Source of the DNA: a virus
Taxonomy: Duplodnaviria > Caudoviricetes
Length of the DNA: 64,000 bases
Strand: one strand, 5' to 3'
IMG/VR virus record: IMGVR_UViG_3300025314_000006
Part shown: positions 24,270 through 34,259 of the stretch, one piece after another
How positions within the stretch are numbered: the stretch's first letter is position 1
Layout: each line of letters opens with the position of its first letter
Notes under the pieces: model-generated
What the model was told of the DNA's origin: nothing
What the model saw: the letters and a program-made list of their open reading frames with translations, nothing else
The model's database searches: none
Program-made: the position numbers and the translations under genes

Positions 24270-25176
24270 TAAATTCTTTTGAAAGCTTATTAAGTATGTT
24301 TATAATATTTTTATTAGGAAAAATATCAGATTTATCAAGTCTCACATTACAATGAGTAAAAATTCCAGGCAATGTATTATCAATTACTGCTTGATTATAT
24401 TCAAACCAATTATAATCAAAAGAAGTTTGAACCTTTATTTTATAAGTTTTTATTAAAACTCTTAATAATTTTTCAACATTAGATATCTGAGTATCTGTGA
24501 AGTTTTCAAAAAAACTATAACCCCTAAATGGTTTATCTAATTTTAGAACATTCGCTTCTGGGACTTCTTTATTTACATAATTATAGTATTTTCCGTCTTT
24601 AAAAGTTAATGGACCCCAAGAACAGATTTCTATTCCTATAGAAGTTCTATCTAATCTTCCGTTGGTACCTTTAAGACCTAAGTGATAACTATAATATTTG
24701 GGGTCAAAACATTCATAAACTTCACCTGTATTTCTATCTATAACAAATGCTGTTGATACAGTTGTTTCATCAGCATTCCATCCTCCAATTACATTTTTCG
24801 CAATTGGACCACCAGCTGTAAAATGCAGAAATATTTGCGTTTTAGAAGTTTCTTTTTTAATGTATTGAGCATCAGGTTGTCTTATGCTTTTATTTACTAC
24901 TAAATCGCCATAATTAACAGGTGGTTGAACTTTTAATGGAGAAAGTGATGGATTGCCAGTGAGTTCTGATTTAGACTTTAAAAAAATTATAAGTAATTGT
25001 CCAACTATTCCATCGGCTTTAAGATTATTGTGAGATTGAAAATCAATAACACCCAATTCGGTTCTTGAGCCAAAATCTCCATCTATTATTAAGTCATAAC
25101 CATTTAATGAAAGTAGTTTTTGTACTTCAGATACAGTTTCGTTTCTATCTCCTTTTTTTACTGGTAAATTAGCCAT
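24262..25176 (-). CDS. Endolysin: peptidoglycan-binding domain plus N-acetylmuramoyl-L-alanine amidase
   Basis: VSEVQKLL...DGDFGSRT...ADGIVG PG-binding domain; FLHFTAG, SIGIEI, FTH...KSD Amidase_2 motifs. Confidence 0.88.
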   Translation of the reverse strand: MANLPVKKGDRNETVSEVQKLLSLNGYDLIIDGDFGSRTELGVIDFQSHNNLKADGIVGQLLIIFLKSKSELTGNPSLSPLKVQPPVNYGDLVVNKSIRQPDAQYIKKETSKTQIFLHFTAGGPIAKNVIGGWNADETTVSTAFVIDRNTGEVYECFDPKYYSYHLGLKGTNGRLDRTSIGIEICSWGPLTFKDGKYYNYVNKEVPEANVLKLDKPFRGYSFFENFTDTQISNVEKLLRVLIKTYKIKVQTSFDYNWFEYNQAVIDNTLPGIFTHCNVRLDKSDIFPNKNIINILNKLSKEFNG

Positions 25177-25235
25177 ATGCTTATTTTGTAATAAATAGGC
25201 TAAAATTCTTTGATTCTTATTTAATTCTTAATATA

Positions 25236-25676
25236 TTATAATTCCAAATACATATAAATTTCCCCTTTTCTTTTATGATATTCTTTAAAACCAAATTTTT
25301 CATAAATTCTTATTGCTACTGAATTTCCTTCATAAACTCCTAAAATAGCAATATCTATATTTTTCTTTTTCATTTGTTTAATCGCTTCTTTTAAAAGTAA
25401 TTTACTATAACCTTTTCCTCTAAATTCTTTACCAACACTAACATCAGATACTATACATAATTTTTTATTTTTAAAGTAAGAAATTGCCAATCGGTCAAAA
25501 TGAAATTCTTTATAAATTTTATAAAACAACATTATTTGTCCAATTATATCCATTTTTGATGATAAAGAAACCCTATCATATCCTTGGTCTTCATGACTAT
25601 AAAATTTAAGAGTAGGAGAGTCTAAAGTTTTTTTAACTTCTTCTTTTATAATGATTTTTAGTTTCGATAGGTTCAT
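25236..25676 (-). CDS. GNAT-family acetyltransferase
   Basis: VGKEFRGKGYSKLL; NSVAIRIYEKFGF. Confidence 0.85.
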   Translation of the reverse strand: MNLSKLKIIIKEEVKKTLDSPTLKFYSHEDQGYDRVSLSSKMDIIGQIMLFYKIYKEFHFDRLAISYFKNKKLCIVSDVSVGKEFRGKGYSKLLLKEAIKQMKKKNIDIAILGVYEGNSVAIRIYEKFGFKEYHKRKGEIYMYLEL

Positions 25677-25696
25677 CAGAAATAAATAGCGATAAA

Positions 25697-26110
25697 TTAT
25701 TCTTTTAAAATCCCTGACAGTTTTCTCATTCTTAAGCGCTCCCCTTCAAGAGTTAATCCACGTAGTATTATAGAGTCATCAAAAAACTCAAAAAAATCCT
25801 TAATTTCTTTTGTGGATTGTTCGTATATTTTAGACTTAAATTCAGAATTAAAATCGGCGTCTTTAGTAGTATTTAAAAATTCATTCAGGAAAGTTTCAAC
25901 ATTTCTTTCTTTCATTTCCAGAGAGGGAAACTCTTTTCCGTTTTTTGATATATTAAAATTAATTGATTTAGAACCTTTATCGCTAAGTCCGGAACCCTTC
26001 AAAATATAATGGTCATTAGTAAAATCGTCTTGATATATTACTTCTAAAATTATCTCAGGAGCTTCGGACTTTATTTGCGCCTGAACTTTATGTTCTATGG
26101 CTTTTTTCAT
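25697..26110 (-). CDS. Hypothetical protein
   Basis: 137 aa, ends RMRKLSGILKE. Confidence 0.6.
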   Translation of the reverse strand: MKKAIEHKVQAQIKSEAPEIILEVIYQDDFTNDHYILKGSGLSDKGSKSINFNISKNGKEFPSLEMKERNVETFLNEFLNTTKDADFNSEFKSKIYEQSTKEIKDFFEFFDDSIILRGLTLEGERLRMRKLSGILKE

Positions 26111-26859
26111 TTTTTCTTCATTGTTACCGGCGTTAATTTAAAAAATTTGCCATCAATTTTAGCAATGTCTTCTCTTACCATTTCTGCTTTTTTTACTTTT
26201 TCATTTTCCTTTATAAGACTTGGAACGGAAACTAATAATTCACTCATAAATTTTTTCATAAGATTAGAAGAAATTTCAGTTATTGTTCTTTTTAATTCAA
26301 CTTCATTTATAAGCTTATATCCTTCTGGAACATTTTGAGTCCTATTAGTTTGATTTTCATTTAAAAGAACTTGTCCATTTCCTTGTTTAGCTTTATTTTG
26401 CTTTTCTGCAAGTCTATTTTTGATGTCCGTGAAAAAATCTGTACCATTATTTTCTGATTCCACATCAGATGAATAACTTCTTGTAGGAGAAGAAGCTCTT
26501 TCAAATGTATCGCTTGATGGGGTGTTATCTCCATATAATGCTTTTTCATAAGCATCAAAACTTGGACCTGAAACTGATGGTTTTGCTATACTTTCTGCTA
26601 TTTGTTTTTGTTGAGGTTGGCCTGGAATATTTTTCTTAACAGGAAGTTCAAGTGGAATAAATCCATTTTGAGCTTTTTCTTTTTCGATAAAAGTATTTAT
26701 TTCTTCTTTCTTTTTACCATTTTTTATTTCCATAAGCTTTCTTGCAAATTCAGTATTTCTAACCGGAAGTTGAACTGTAGCTGGGTCAACAGGAGACATT
26801 GGAAGTGGAATTCCCATATCTTTAAATTTTTTTAATCTATCTTCGTTAATATTAGCCAT
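26107..26859 (-). CDS. Hypothetical protein
   Basis: 250-aa ORF. Confidence 0.65.
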   Translation of the reverse strand: MANINEDRLKKFKDMGIPLPMSPVDPATVQLPVRNTEFARKLMEIKNGKKKEEINTFIEKEKAQNGFIPLELPVKKNIPGQPQQKQIAESIAKPSVSGPSFDAYEKALYGDNTPSSDTFERASSPTRSYSSDVESENNGTDFFTDIKNRLAEKQNKAKQGNGQVLLNENQTNRTQNVPEGYKLINEVELKRTITEISSNLMKKFMSELLVSVPSLIKENEKVKKAEMVREDIAKIDGKFFKLTPVTMKKK

Positions 26860-26884
26860 TTTGTTTTATTTACTATTAAATATA

Positions 26885-27274
26885 TTAAAAATCATCAAAA
26901 TCTTCCTCTTCTCCTTCTTCTTCTGAAATATTACCTTCACCTGATAACTTATCAGTCAATATAGTCACATTAGAAACAACCCACTCATGAATTAATTTAA
27001 TTTGATTTTTTTCTAATATATTTTTAAATTTTTCAATTTCATAACTTAACATATCGGCTTTTAATGTTAATATATTTCCTATTCTTCCATATTTTCTAAA
27101 TTTTATACCTCTACCTATTTTTTCAAACATTAATTCTTTAAATTCTATATAACTGCTTTGTTCTAATTCTTGATAAGATACATTATCTCCATAACATTCT
27201 TCAAATGCATTCATAGAAGAAAAATATTGTAAATCAATAAGGACGCACGTAGTACTAAGTCTTTCTGGTTTCAT
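26885..27274 (-). CDS. Hypothetical protein with acidic tail
   Basis: 129-aa ORF. Confidence 0.6.
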   Translation of the reverse strand: MKPERLSTTCVLIDLQYFSSMNAFEECYGDNVSYQELEQSSYIEFKELMFEKIGRGIKFRKYGRIGNILTLKADMLSYEIEKFKNILEKNQIKLIHEWVVSNVTILTDKLSGEGNISEEEGEEEDFDDF

Positions 27275-27603
27275 TATTTGTATTTTAGTTTAATTACTTG
27301 AATATTTTCTTCATCCCACCAAGCATAATAATTAGGATAAATATTTTTTTCAGTTATAAAAAGCTTTTCTATTTGTTCGGATATTTTTATTTTATTGAAC
27401 TTATTGGTAAGTTTCTCCTTCTCCAAGTTAACAACCTTGTCTTTAGTTTCTATTTTAGCAAGCTCTCTTTTGGCTTGCTTAAACTCAACTTTTAAAGAAT
27501 CTACAATTTCTTTCTTAAATTTTTTTTGATTTTCTAATATTTGCTTCCTGCTGTGCATAGATAAGTTCAAATATAAGCTGTCATTATTTAATGTAAAGGG
27601 CAA
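27274..27603 (-). CDS. Hypothetical protein
   Basis: 109-aa ORF. Confidence 0.55.
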   Translation of the reverse strand: MPFTLNNDSLYLNLSMHSRKQILENQKKFKKEIVDSLKVEFKQAKRELAKIETKDKVVNLEKEKLTNKFNKIKISEQIEKLFITEKNIYPNYYAWWDEENIQVIKLKYK

Positions 27604-27634
27604 ACAATTTTGTTATAATTCCGTTTAAACAACT

Positions 27635-28237
27635 ATGAGTCAGCCGGCAATTAAAGAAAAACAAGAAAAAGTTAAGAATACGCCATGGACAAACATTGGT
27701 ATAAAGGTGGATTTGTGTTCATTTTTGACGAGGAAAGTATTAACTGAAAAGTTTTCTCCTCAAAAAGCTAAAAAAATAGAAATGCGTAATTTCTTTATTT
27801 CGAAGATTGATGGGTGTGAATTATACGTGAATGATATCTATCCTGATTACATATTTTACATTAAAAATATCAATGGAAATAATGAGATTTTAATGGAAAA
27901 AAGTGAAAAAAACAAGACGTTTTATATAAAATATACCGGTATTTGGTCAGTTTTCGAGAGCCTGTACCTACTTGAATACTCTGATATTCAATCATTTACA
28001 CAGATTGCCCTTGAAGAGCTCCTAAAATTACAAGGGTATAAAACTCTCCGCGGGATTCAATGCGTACATTACGGCCTTGAAGAGCTCCTAAAATTACAAG
28101 GGTATAAAACACGGCATCGGGGACAGGCTATTTTGCAAGTCCTTGAAGAGCTCCTAAAATTACAAGGGTATAAAACTGATTGCCCTACAACAATACTTTT
28201 TCCTTCCCTTGAAGATGGTCTAAAATCTAACGATTAA
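27635..28237 (+). CDS. Array-associated protein, paralog 1; reads in frame through the whole mini-array
   Basis: Repeat translates as LEELLKLQGYK three times; high identity to 46803-47249. Confidence 0.7.
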   Translation: MSQPAIKEKQEKVKNTPWTNIGIKVDLCSFLTRKVLTEKFSPQKAKKIEMRNFFISKIDGCELYVNDIYPDYIFYIKNINGNNEILMEKSEKNKTFYIKYTGIWSVFESLYLLEYSDIQSFTQIALEELLKLQGYKTLRGIQCVHYGLEELLKLQGYKTRHRGQAILQVLEELLKLQGYKTDCPTTILFPSLEDGLKSND

Positions 28238-28242
28238 AAAAC
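28009..28242 (+). CRISPR. CRISPR-like mini-array 1: three identical 36-nt repeats, one degenerate terminal repeat, three 30-nt spacers; no cas genes adjacent
   Basis: CCTTGAAGAGCTCCTAAAATTACAAGGGTATAAAAC at 28009, 28075 and 28141; degenerate copy at 28207-28242. Confidence 0.75.
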
Positions 28243-29085
28243 TTCGCAACTTTCTGAACACCCATTGCTTATATCTAAGTCATTGCCATTAATATCGAAT
28301 TGTTCATATTTTGTAGCGTCGTCCATGGCTTTTTCAAATGGTTCCTTGCTTAAATCTATTATTTCCTGAGCCATCATATTTTTTCTGAAAAATCTTAATT
28401 TTTTTTCTGTATTTCCATATTTTTCTTCCATTCTTTTAGGAAAATCAAAATATTCCGGATTTTCAACAGCTATAGTAAGATGTTTTCTTAAACTTTTTTT
28501 CCAACACCACTTACAGTTTCCTTGATAACCTTTAAGTTCTAATCTGAATGGCATTTGATTCCAAAAGAAATTTATTTTTTGTTTTGTCATCGGCATAATT
28601 GAAACCAATGGATAAAAAAGTTTTTCTTCTGCAAATTTTTCATTTACCCGGTCTATCTCATCTACTCTGATTCCGATTGCTGTTTCATAGTCTCTTTTTT
28701 TCCAACCAATAGACCTGGCATAATGTTTTATTGGAACCTGTTTTAACTCCCTTGTGCAGTGTGGAAATTTTATACTTGGTATTGTGTATTTTTTTATTAC
28801 TTCTTCAAATGGTTCGCCTTTGCGACTAGCAGTTTCGAATGTTACGATTTTACTTTTTGTTCCTTTTCCTTTTTCAGAAACAACATCTGCCTCAATCCAA
28901 ACTACTGGAAAACCAAAATGGTCAGAACATTTTTGAACGAAGTCTAAAGTTTGTTCATTCTCTTCTCCAGTGTTGGCAAATACAAAAATCATATCATATT
29001 CATCTTGCTTATTCTTCCAAAGCCACTGAGCCATAAAACCAGATGTTTCACCTCCACTAAAACTTACTAATAATTTTTTTTTCAT
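28234..29085 (-). CDS. PAPS-reductase-family (PP-loop) protein
   Basis: LVSFSGGETSG, FANTGEE, CTRELK, GNCKWCWKK, CSESC. Confidence 0.8.
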   Translation of the reverse strand: MKKKLLVSFSGGETSGFMAQWLWKNKQDEYDMIFVFANTGEENEQTLDFVQKCSDHFGFPVVWIEADVVSEKGKGTKSKIVTFETASRKGEPFEEVIKKYTIPSIKFPHCTRELKQVPIKHYARSIGWKKRDYETAIGIRVDEIDRVNEKFAEEKLFYPLVSIMPMTKQKINFFWNQMPFRLELKGYQGNCKWCWKKSLRKHLTIAVENPEYFDFPKRMEEKYGNTEKKLRFFRKNMMAQEIIDLSKEPFEKAMDDATKYEQFDINGNDLDISNGCSESCEVF

Positions 29086-29259
29086 TTATTTAAAATCACA
29101 ATTTTCCTTGATCCAATTAATCCAATTTTCAGACACCCTATTAACTGATTCATATTCTTCTTCGGTCATCACAGGTTTTATTATTGTATTTTTCGCAATG
29201 ACTAATGGTGTTATTTTTCCAAAAATATATTCTGAATTTATTGATTCTTCTTTTTTCAT
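29086..29259 (-). CDS. Small hypothetical protein (57 aa)
   Basis: Manually translated; fills the gap between two operon genes. Confidence 0.5.
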   Translation of the reverse strand: MKKEESINSEYIFGKITPLVIAKNTIIKPVMTEEEYESVNRVSENWINWIKENCDFK

Positions 29260-29265
29260 TATAAT

Positions 29266-30210
29266 TTAATTATATAAAACTTTTACATCTTCTCCTTTTT
29301 CTATTGAAATTCTTCTTTCTCTATGTTCATCAAGCATGTATTTGTATTGATTTTCATTGTTATTACATAATGTAGGATTTGATTTATATTGACAAAAGAA
29401 ACAGTCTTTTTTTCTGTCAACACATTTAGCTTTTTGAAAGTCTTTATTAATGTGTATATCTCGTAATGTGTTAGCCACAAGAGTTACTGCTTCATTAATG
29501 TCATCATTCGTTGAGAAGATTTCTACCGGCTGTATAGCTCCAAATCCTAATTCTGGACATTTTTTGCTTTTTAATCGATTTAGAACAATGTATTTACAAT
29601 CAATTTCATCCATAGGTACATTGAATTTTCTTGAATAAAAATATTTATATAATCTCATTTGAGCCACAAATATTTTATCTTTCTTTTTCTTTTGTACATC
29701 CCACTGTTCGGAACTGGACTTCCAATCAATAATTAATATTCTTCCAGTTTTTTTATCTTTTAAAATCAAATCTATAAATCCTTTAAAATGAAAATTATTA
29801 AATAAATTTTCATAAAGAAGCATTTCTACGCCTATCAAATCGTATTTTTCAAGTATTTTTTCAGTGGATAAGAGTCGTAGTATATGTTCACCTTGTTCAG
29901 TGAATGATTCTACGTTTTCATAATCTTTTGTATTCATCATTTTATCCATCATTTCTTTTGTGAAATATTCTTTAAAATGAGCTATTCTTCCTTCTAAATT
30001 TATTTTATCTCTAACTCCAATTTCTAAAGCCGAATGTATTGCACTTCCAAATATCAAGTGAATAGACGTAGGAGAAACTGCTAATTTTAAATATTTCTCA
30101 AGTAAATGTTTATGACCACATCCTCTGAATTGTGTTAATTCGCTAAAACTTATGTGTATAAGATTAGGATTTTTACTTTTAATCTCTTCGTATTCTGTGT
30201 TTTTGTCCAT
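29266..30210 (-). CDS. PD-(D/E)XK nuclease (RecB/AddB/Cas4-like with Fe-S cysteines)
   Basis: ISFSEL...C; FKGFIDLI...IIDWKS; C-terminal CFFC...C. Confidence 0.8.
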   Translation of the reverse strand: MDKNTEYEEIKSKNPNLIHISFSELTQFRGCGHKHLLEKYLKLAVSPTSIHLIFGSAIHSALEIGVRDKINLEGRIAHFKEYFTKEMMDKMMNTKDYENVESFTEQGEHILRLLSTEKILEKYDLIGVEMLLYENLFNNFHFKGFIDLILKDKKTGRILIIDWKSSSEQWDVQKKKKDKIFVAQMRLYKYFYSRKFNVPMDEIDCKYIVLNRLKSKKCPELGFGAIQPVEIFSTNDDINEAVTLVANTLRDIHINKDFQKAKCVDRKKDCFFCQYKSNPTLCNNNENQYKYMLDEHRERRISIEKGEDVKVLYN

Positions 30211-30280
30211 AAATTCAAAAATAACTGGTTTTTATGTTAAAAACAACTATTTATATTATATAAACTAAAAATAATTTACA

Positions 30281-30625
30281 ATGAAACTAAATTTAAAAAT
30301 GTGGAAAGATATTCTTACCGAAAAAGTTGGTACTGAAAAATTGTATTCTCAAGGAAGAGTGTATTTGTTATTTTCCGTAATAGCTTATTATATAACTTTG
30401 GGTTTTGTTACTTGGAAGGCTTTAAAGCCAACAATTGACATAGCCGAGCCAACACTAAATACAATAATAGATGCGTTACAATGGGCAATTTTACTTTTCG
30501 CTTCGTATTCTATGGGAACTAAAGTGATTGGCGGAGTTAAAACCGTATTAGGAAAAACACCACAATTACCGCAAGAACCAGTTGTTGTTCCTAAAGATGA
30601 AAACGTTGATAACGCCGGAGCATAA
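30281..30625 (+). CDS. Putative holin or membrane protein
   Basis: Two hydrophobic segments; SQGRVYLLFS motif. Confidence 0.55.
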   Translation: MKLNLKMWKDILTEKVGTEKLYSQGRVYLLFSVIAYYITLGFVTWKALKPTIDIAEPTLNTIIDALQWAILLFASYSMGTKVIGGVKTVLGKTPQLPQEPVVVPKDENVDNAGA

Positions 30626-30629
30626 TTAA

Positions 30630-31382
30630 ATGTTGATTAGCGAATCATATAAAAACAGATTAAGAGAACTTGCTGGAATAAAAATAATTTCAGAAGCAAA
30701 TGGAGACGATGAAAGAACGGCAGCTTTTGCTATGAGCAATCAAAGAGTTCCTTATAATAAAGATTTAATGATTCAAGCAATTGAAGAAGGTAGAGAAGTT
30801 GGTATTTTATTTCAAAGTAATAATGAGAAATATAAAATGCCAGTAGCTAAGTACAGAACAATCTTTCCGGTTTGTTTAGGCACGTCTAAAGCTGGTAAAC
30901 AGGTAATTAGAGCTGTACATAAAATAGGTCAGTCAGAGTCAGCCGCTTTAAAAACTGGAAAAAGAAGCCAAGAAGTAAAAGACGAGTGGAGAATGTTTAA
31001 AGTGTCTAATATTAAATCGATGTGGATGACTGGAAAATTTTTCAGTATTCCGCCAAAAAATTACAATGCAGCAGATAAAGGGATGGTGAACATAGAAGTG
31101 GCGGCAGATTTCGATAAAATACAGAAATTTCAATCTGAACTTATTAAAAACATGGGAATTGAGGGTAGACCAAAACCAAATATTATTCCCTTATTTAAAG
31201 AACCAGAACAAGTCATAAATCCTGAACAACAAACAGATGCCATAAAAGAACCTAAACCTAAAAAGGCAAAAGGTACAATAACGCCGATAAAGACAATACC
31301 AACTCCATCATCAAGAGTTAAAAAAACAATTCCACCACCTCCTACAATAGCAAGAAAACAAAAAAAGAAAGACAACATTTAA
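30630..31382 (+). CDS. WYL-like domain protein
   Basis: QAIEEGREVGILF...RTIFPVCLG...EWRMFKVSNI pattern. Confidence 0.5.
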   Translation: MLISESYKNRLRELAGIKIISEANGDDERTAAFAMSNQRVPYNKDLMIQAIEEGREVGILFQSNNEKYKMPVAKYRTIFPVCLGTSKAGKQVIRAVHKIGQSESAALKTGKRSQEVKDEWRMFKVSNIKSMWMTGKFFSIPPKNYNAADKGMVNIEVAADFDKIQKFQSELIKNMGIEGRPKPNIIPLFKEPEQVINPEQQTDAIKEPKPKKAKGTITPIKTIPTPSSRVKKTIPPPPTIARKQKKKDNI

Positions 31383-31393
31383 GTTTCCTTTTC

Positions 31394-32032
31394 TTATTTA
31401 CAGAAGTGGTCGGCTGCATAGCTTGCTGCCCACGAACATGGTTTAACCTCTAAATTAAATCCCAAATATTTCATGTAGTTTTTTGCTTCCTGAATCACGC
31501 CTGATGATTTATATTGAATACTTAAGTTATAATCAGAGTGCACCTCAAAATTAATTTTATTTTTCTTTAAAAAAGGTTTAAGATTTCTCACAACTTCGCC
31601 GGTTATATCAGTTTCCCTTAATAATCTATATCTGTAATCATACATTTTAGGAAGGTCAAACCTTGATACGACAACGTGTGCACCGTTACCATCTACGTAT
31701 AATACAATCACAGACACAAACCTTGTGTAAGAAAGATAGCTTTGAGAATCTGTTCCAAAAAAAATGGAAATTTCTTTTTCTATTTTAGAAATCTTTTGTT
31801 TTTCCTTTTCTACTGTTATGAAATTTAAAATGTAATCCTTTATATCACAATCAATTTTTGTAAGGTGTTTTTCTTCTCCTTGTTCGGTTTTCCAAACGAA
31901 GTTATATCTATCACTTATAACATACTTATTATTAATTGTTTCACCCCAATTCAATGGAGGTGTGGAATTATATAGTAAATCACTCTTTTCTTTTAATTCT
32001 TTAAAAAAATCCTTATTATATCTTTTTGCCAT
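31394..32032 (-). CDS. Ribonuclease H-like YkuK (DUF458) family protein
   Basis: IFFGTDSQ, GNGAH, RLLRET, EVHSD; likely start MAKRYN at 32032. Confidence 0.75.
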   Translation of the reverse strand: MAKRYNKDFFKELKEKSDLLYNSTPPLNWGETINNKYVISDRYNFVWKTEQGEEKHLTKIDCDIKDYILNFITVEKEKQKISKIEKEISIFFGTDSQSYLSYTRFVSVIVLYVDGNGAHVVVSRFDLPKMYDYRYRLLRETDITGEVVRNLKPFLKKNKINFEVHSDYNLSIQYKSSGVIQEAKNYMKYLGFNLEVKPCSWAASYAADHFCK

Positions 32033-32112
32033 TTTATTTCCATTCTTTATAATTATTAAAAAAGGCAGAGAAAACTCCCTGCCTTTGAACAACGCATTGT
32101 GGTTAATTGTTC

Positions 32113-32412
32113 CTATTGCTGTGCATTAAAATGTTCAGCAAGAGCAGTTGTTGATACAACAAATTCTTCTTCTTTTTTTGATTCTTTTTCAGCAGAAGTC
32201 ATTCCACTTGGATTTTCAACAATTGTCAATCCTTGCTTCCAGTTAGATAATCTTTTTCGGAAACCCATCATTACACTTTCTTGAATTTCGTTACTTTGTG
32301 ATTGTAATTTTTTAGAAAGTTTTGGTATAATGTTTTTATACCCGGCATGTCTCGCTCTTGATTTAAGCTCAAGAAGCTCTAATTCAATTTCTGCTATTTT
32401 TTCTTGTTTCAT
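32113..32412 (-). CDS. Hypothetical protein
   Basis: 99-aa ORF. Confidence 0.55.
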   Translation of the reverse strand: MKQEKIAEIELELLELKSRARHAGYKNIIPKLSKKLQSQSNEIQESVMMGFRKRLSNWKQGLTIVENPSGMTSAEKESKKEEEFVVSTTALAEHFNAQQ

Positions 32413-32423
32413 AATATATTTTT

Positions 32424-32696
32424 TTATTTCATTTTTCTACAATCAGTTGGAAAAACCTTTATGGAGTTAGCATAGATGTCATAAGTTGCATGAACTATGT
32501 CCAATACATACTTTTGGCCATCCGCATCTGATGTTATACATTTTCCTTCTCCATCCGGATGTCTAAATGCTTTCAACACCTTGGATGTTGCATCGTTAAA
32601 ACTTTCCTGTTCTTCATACACCAATTCTACTGGATTCCATTTTCCAGTTGATTTATTAAATTCTGGCGTTTCAAAAGTATACCCTAAATATTCCAT
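32424..32696 (-). CDS. Hypothetical protein
   Basis: 90-aa ORF with TATCTTTG promoter element upstream. Confidence 0.55.
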   Translation of the reverse strand: MEYLGYTFETPEFNKSTGKWNPVELVYEEQESFNDATSKVLKAFRHPDGEGKCITSDADGQKYVLDIVHATYDIYANSIKVFPTDCRKMK

Positions 32697-32768
32697 ATAT
32701 TAAAATTATTTGTTTGTTTGCTTCAACAAAGATATAGAGTAGTATTTAAAAAACCAAGAAATTTTAAA

Positions 32769-33212
32769 TTATTCTATAATATTAAAAAAGAAATACGGAA
32801 TTATTGGGGAATCTTCTCTATAATCACAATCGAAAGTATAACCTTTATAGATAACATCTAAATCAAATTGTCTATGTTCATTTCCTAAACCATCTAAAAG
32901 ATATATTTTTATTATATTAACTCTCTCAAAATCATGAATCCATTCTTTAATATGAATAGCAGTACTTATTTTTATTGTTTTTTCATTGTTGAAATTTGAG
33001 ATGAAAAATCCTTGTATATTATCATTATTAATTATTTCATCGTCGATTTGCATTTCTACTATAAATCTATTTTTTCTTAAAAAGTCCATAGTAAAAAACA
33101 ACGGTAATCCATAACGTTTCAACATGCCATCTTTAGAAATGTTGTGACCACAAGAAACCTTTTCTATAAATACTGATCTTTTTCTACCTATATAAGTTTC
33201 ATTGCTGTCCAT
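32769..33212 (-). CDS. Hypothetical protein
   Basis: 147-aa ORF. Confidence 0.6.
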   Translation of the reverse strand: MDSNETYIGRKRSVFIEKVSCGHNISKDGMLKRYGLPLFFTMDFLRKNRFIVEMQIDDEIINNDNIQGFFISNFNNEKTIKISTAIHIKEWIHDFERVNIIKIYLLDGLGNEHRQFDLDVIYKGYTFDCDYREDSPIIPYFFFNIIE

Positions 33213-33933
33213 TAAACCACTTATCTTTATACTTTAGTATTTTTTGCATCTTTATAGCATCTAATATTAAGCCTTTTCCATTATTCAATGTTATGGTGTA
33301 GTTTTTTGATAAAGCGTTCTCTAAAGCCTCAAAACTAAGTCTTGTTCCCTCTATGGAAAAGCCTCTTTCTGTGAATTTCACATCAAATGGTCTTTGTGAA
33401 GTTTTATCAAATTTAACCAAATAAGCTTTGTTTGAAGGTAATGATTCAGTGGGGGTTTGAACTGGTGCCTGAACTGGCGAACTTTGTTCTGCAAACGTTC
33501 TTTTTATTATTGGTGCTGACATTTTTTTTATTACTTTCTTTATATGTTCTGTTATGGCAGAAGTTTGTGTTGTTGTCTGTGAACTTACATCCGGTTGATT
33601 TGAAATATTTTGTTGCATTTTTGAAAGTTTTATTTTATCTTCCGCTTTTTTCTTTTGGTCTTCGACACTTTTTTTCATTGTATCAAGTTTTTTCATTTTT
33701 TCTTTCTGAGCTTTCATATTTAGACCTTCTGCATTTCTTTTGTTTGGTTCCTTTAATGCACTCATCATTTTCACAGAACCTTGAATAGATAAATTGGATT
33801 GTGTTTTTTCATCATCAATGAAAGAATCCATTTTGTCAAAAGTACTTAATGTTTCTTCATCACTTTTTTCATCATCTTCCTGCTCTTGTTCTTTGATTAT
33901 TTTATTAATTTCAAAAAGAACAGCTTTATCCAT
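33199..33933 (-). CDS. Hypothetical protein
   Basis: Likely start MDKAVLFEINKIIKE at 33933. Confidence 0.6.
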   Translation of the reverse strand: MDKAVLFEINKIIKEQEQEDDEKSDEETLSTFDKMDSFIDDEKTQSNLSIQGSVKMMSALKEPNKRNAEGLNMKAQKEKMKKLDTMKKSVEDQKKKAEDKIKLSKMQQNISNQPDVSSQTTTQTSAITEHIKKVIKKMSAPIIKRTFAEQSSPVQAPVQTPTESLPSNKAYLVKFDKTSQRPFDVKFTERGFSIEGTRLSFEALENALSKNYTITLNNGKGLILDAIKMQKILKYKDKWFNGQQ

Positions 33934-34031
33934 ATATCTTAAACCAGATTTCATAATAATAAATAGCATTAAAAAAGGAAAGGCCACCATAAACCGGCAA
34001 CCTTTCAATTCTACTTGTTTTAAGATTAAAA

Positions 34032-34208
34032 CTACTTTTGACCAAATAGGTCTTTCATATGTTTCTCAAATTTCTTTTCAGCAATTTTCCTGGCATCTAC
34101 CAATTCTTTTTTTCTTACATGCTTAACTTTTTGCGTAGCTTTGAGTCTTTTATTTCTTTTAAGTCCTCTTTTTTGAGTGGCTTTTTTCTTATTAGCTGGT
34201 TTTTTCAT
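34032..34208 (-). CDS. Small basic protein (58 aa)
   Basis: MKKPANKKKATQKRGLKRNKRLK..., manually translated. Confidence 0.5.
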   Translation of the reverse strand: MKKPANKKKATQKRGLKRNKRLKATQKVKHVRKKELVDARKIAEKKFEKHMKDLFGQK

Positions 34209-34259
34209 AATTCTTTTTTTGATAAAAATAAAGCCAAAACAAACTAAAGTAAAGAACTA

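Noticed and set aside
28009-30210. Complete CRISPR-Cas locus
   Set aside because: No cas1, cas2 or effector recognised, and no tracrRNA anti-repeat noticed by eye (the scan was not exhaustive); a Cas4-like nuclease alone is common in phages
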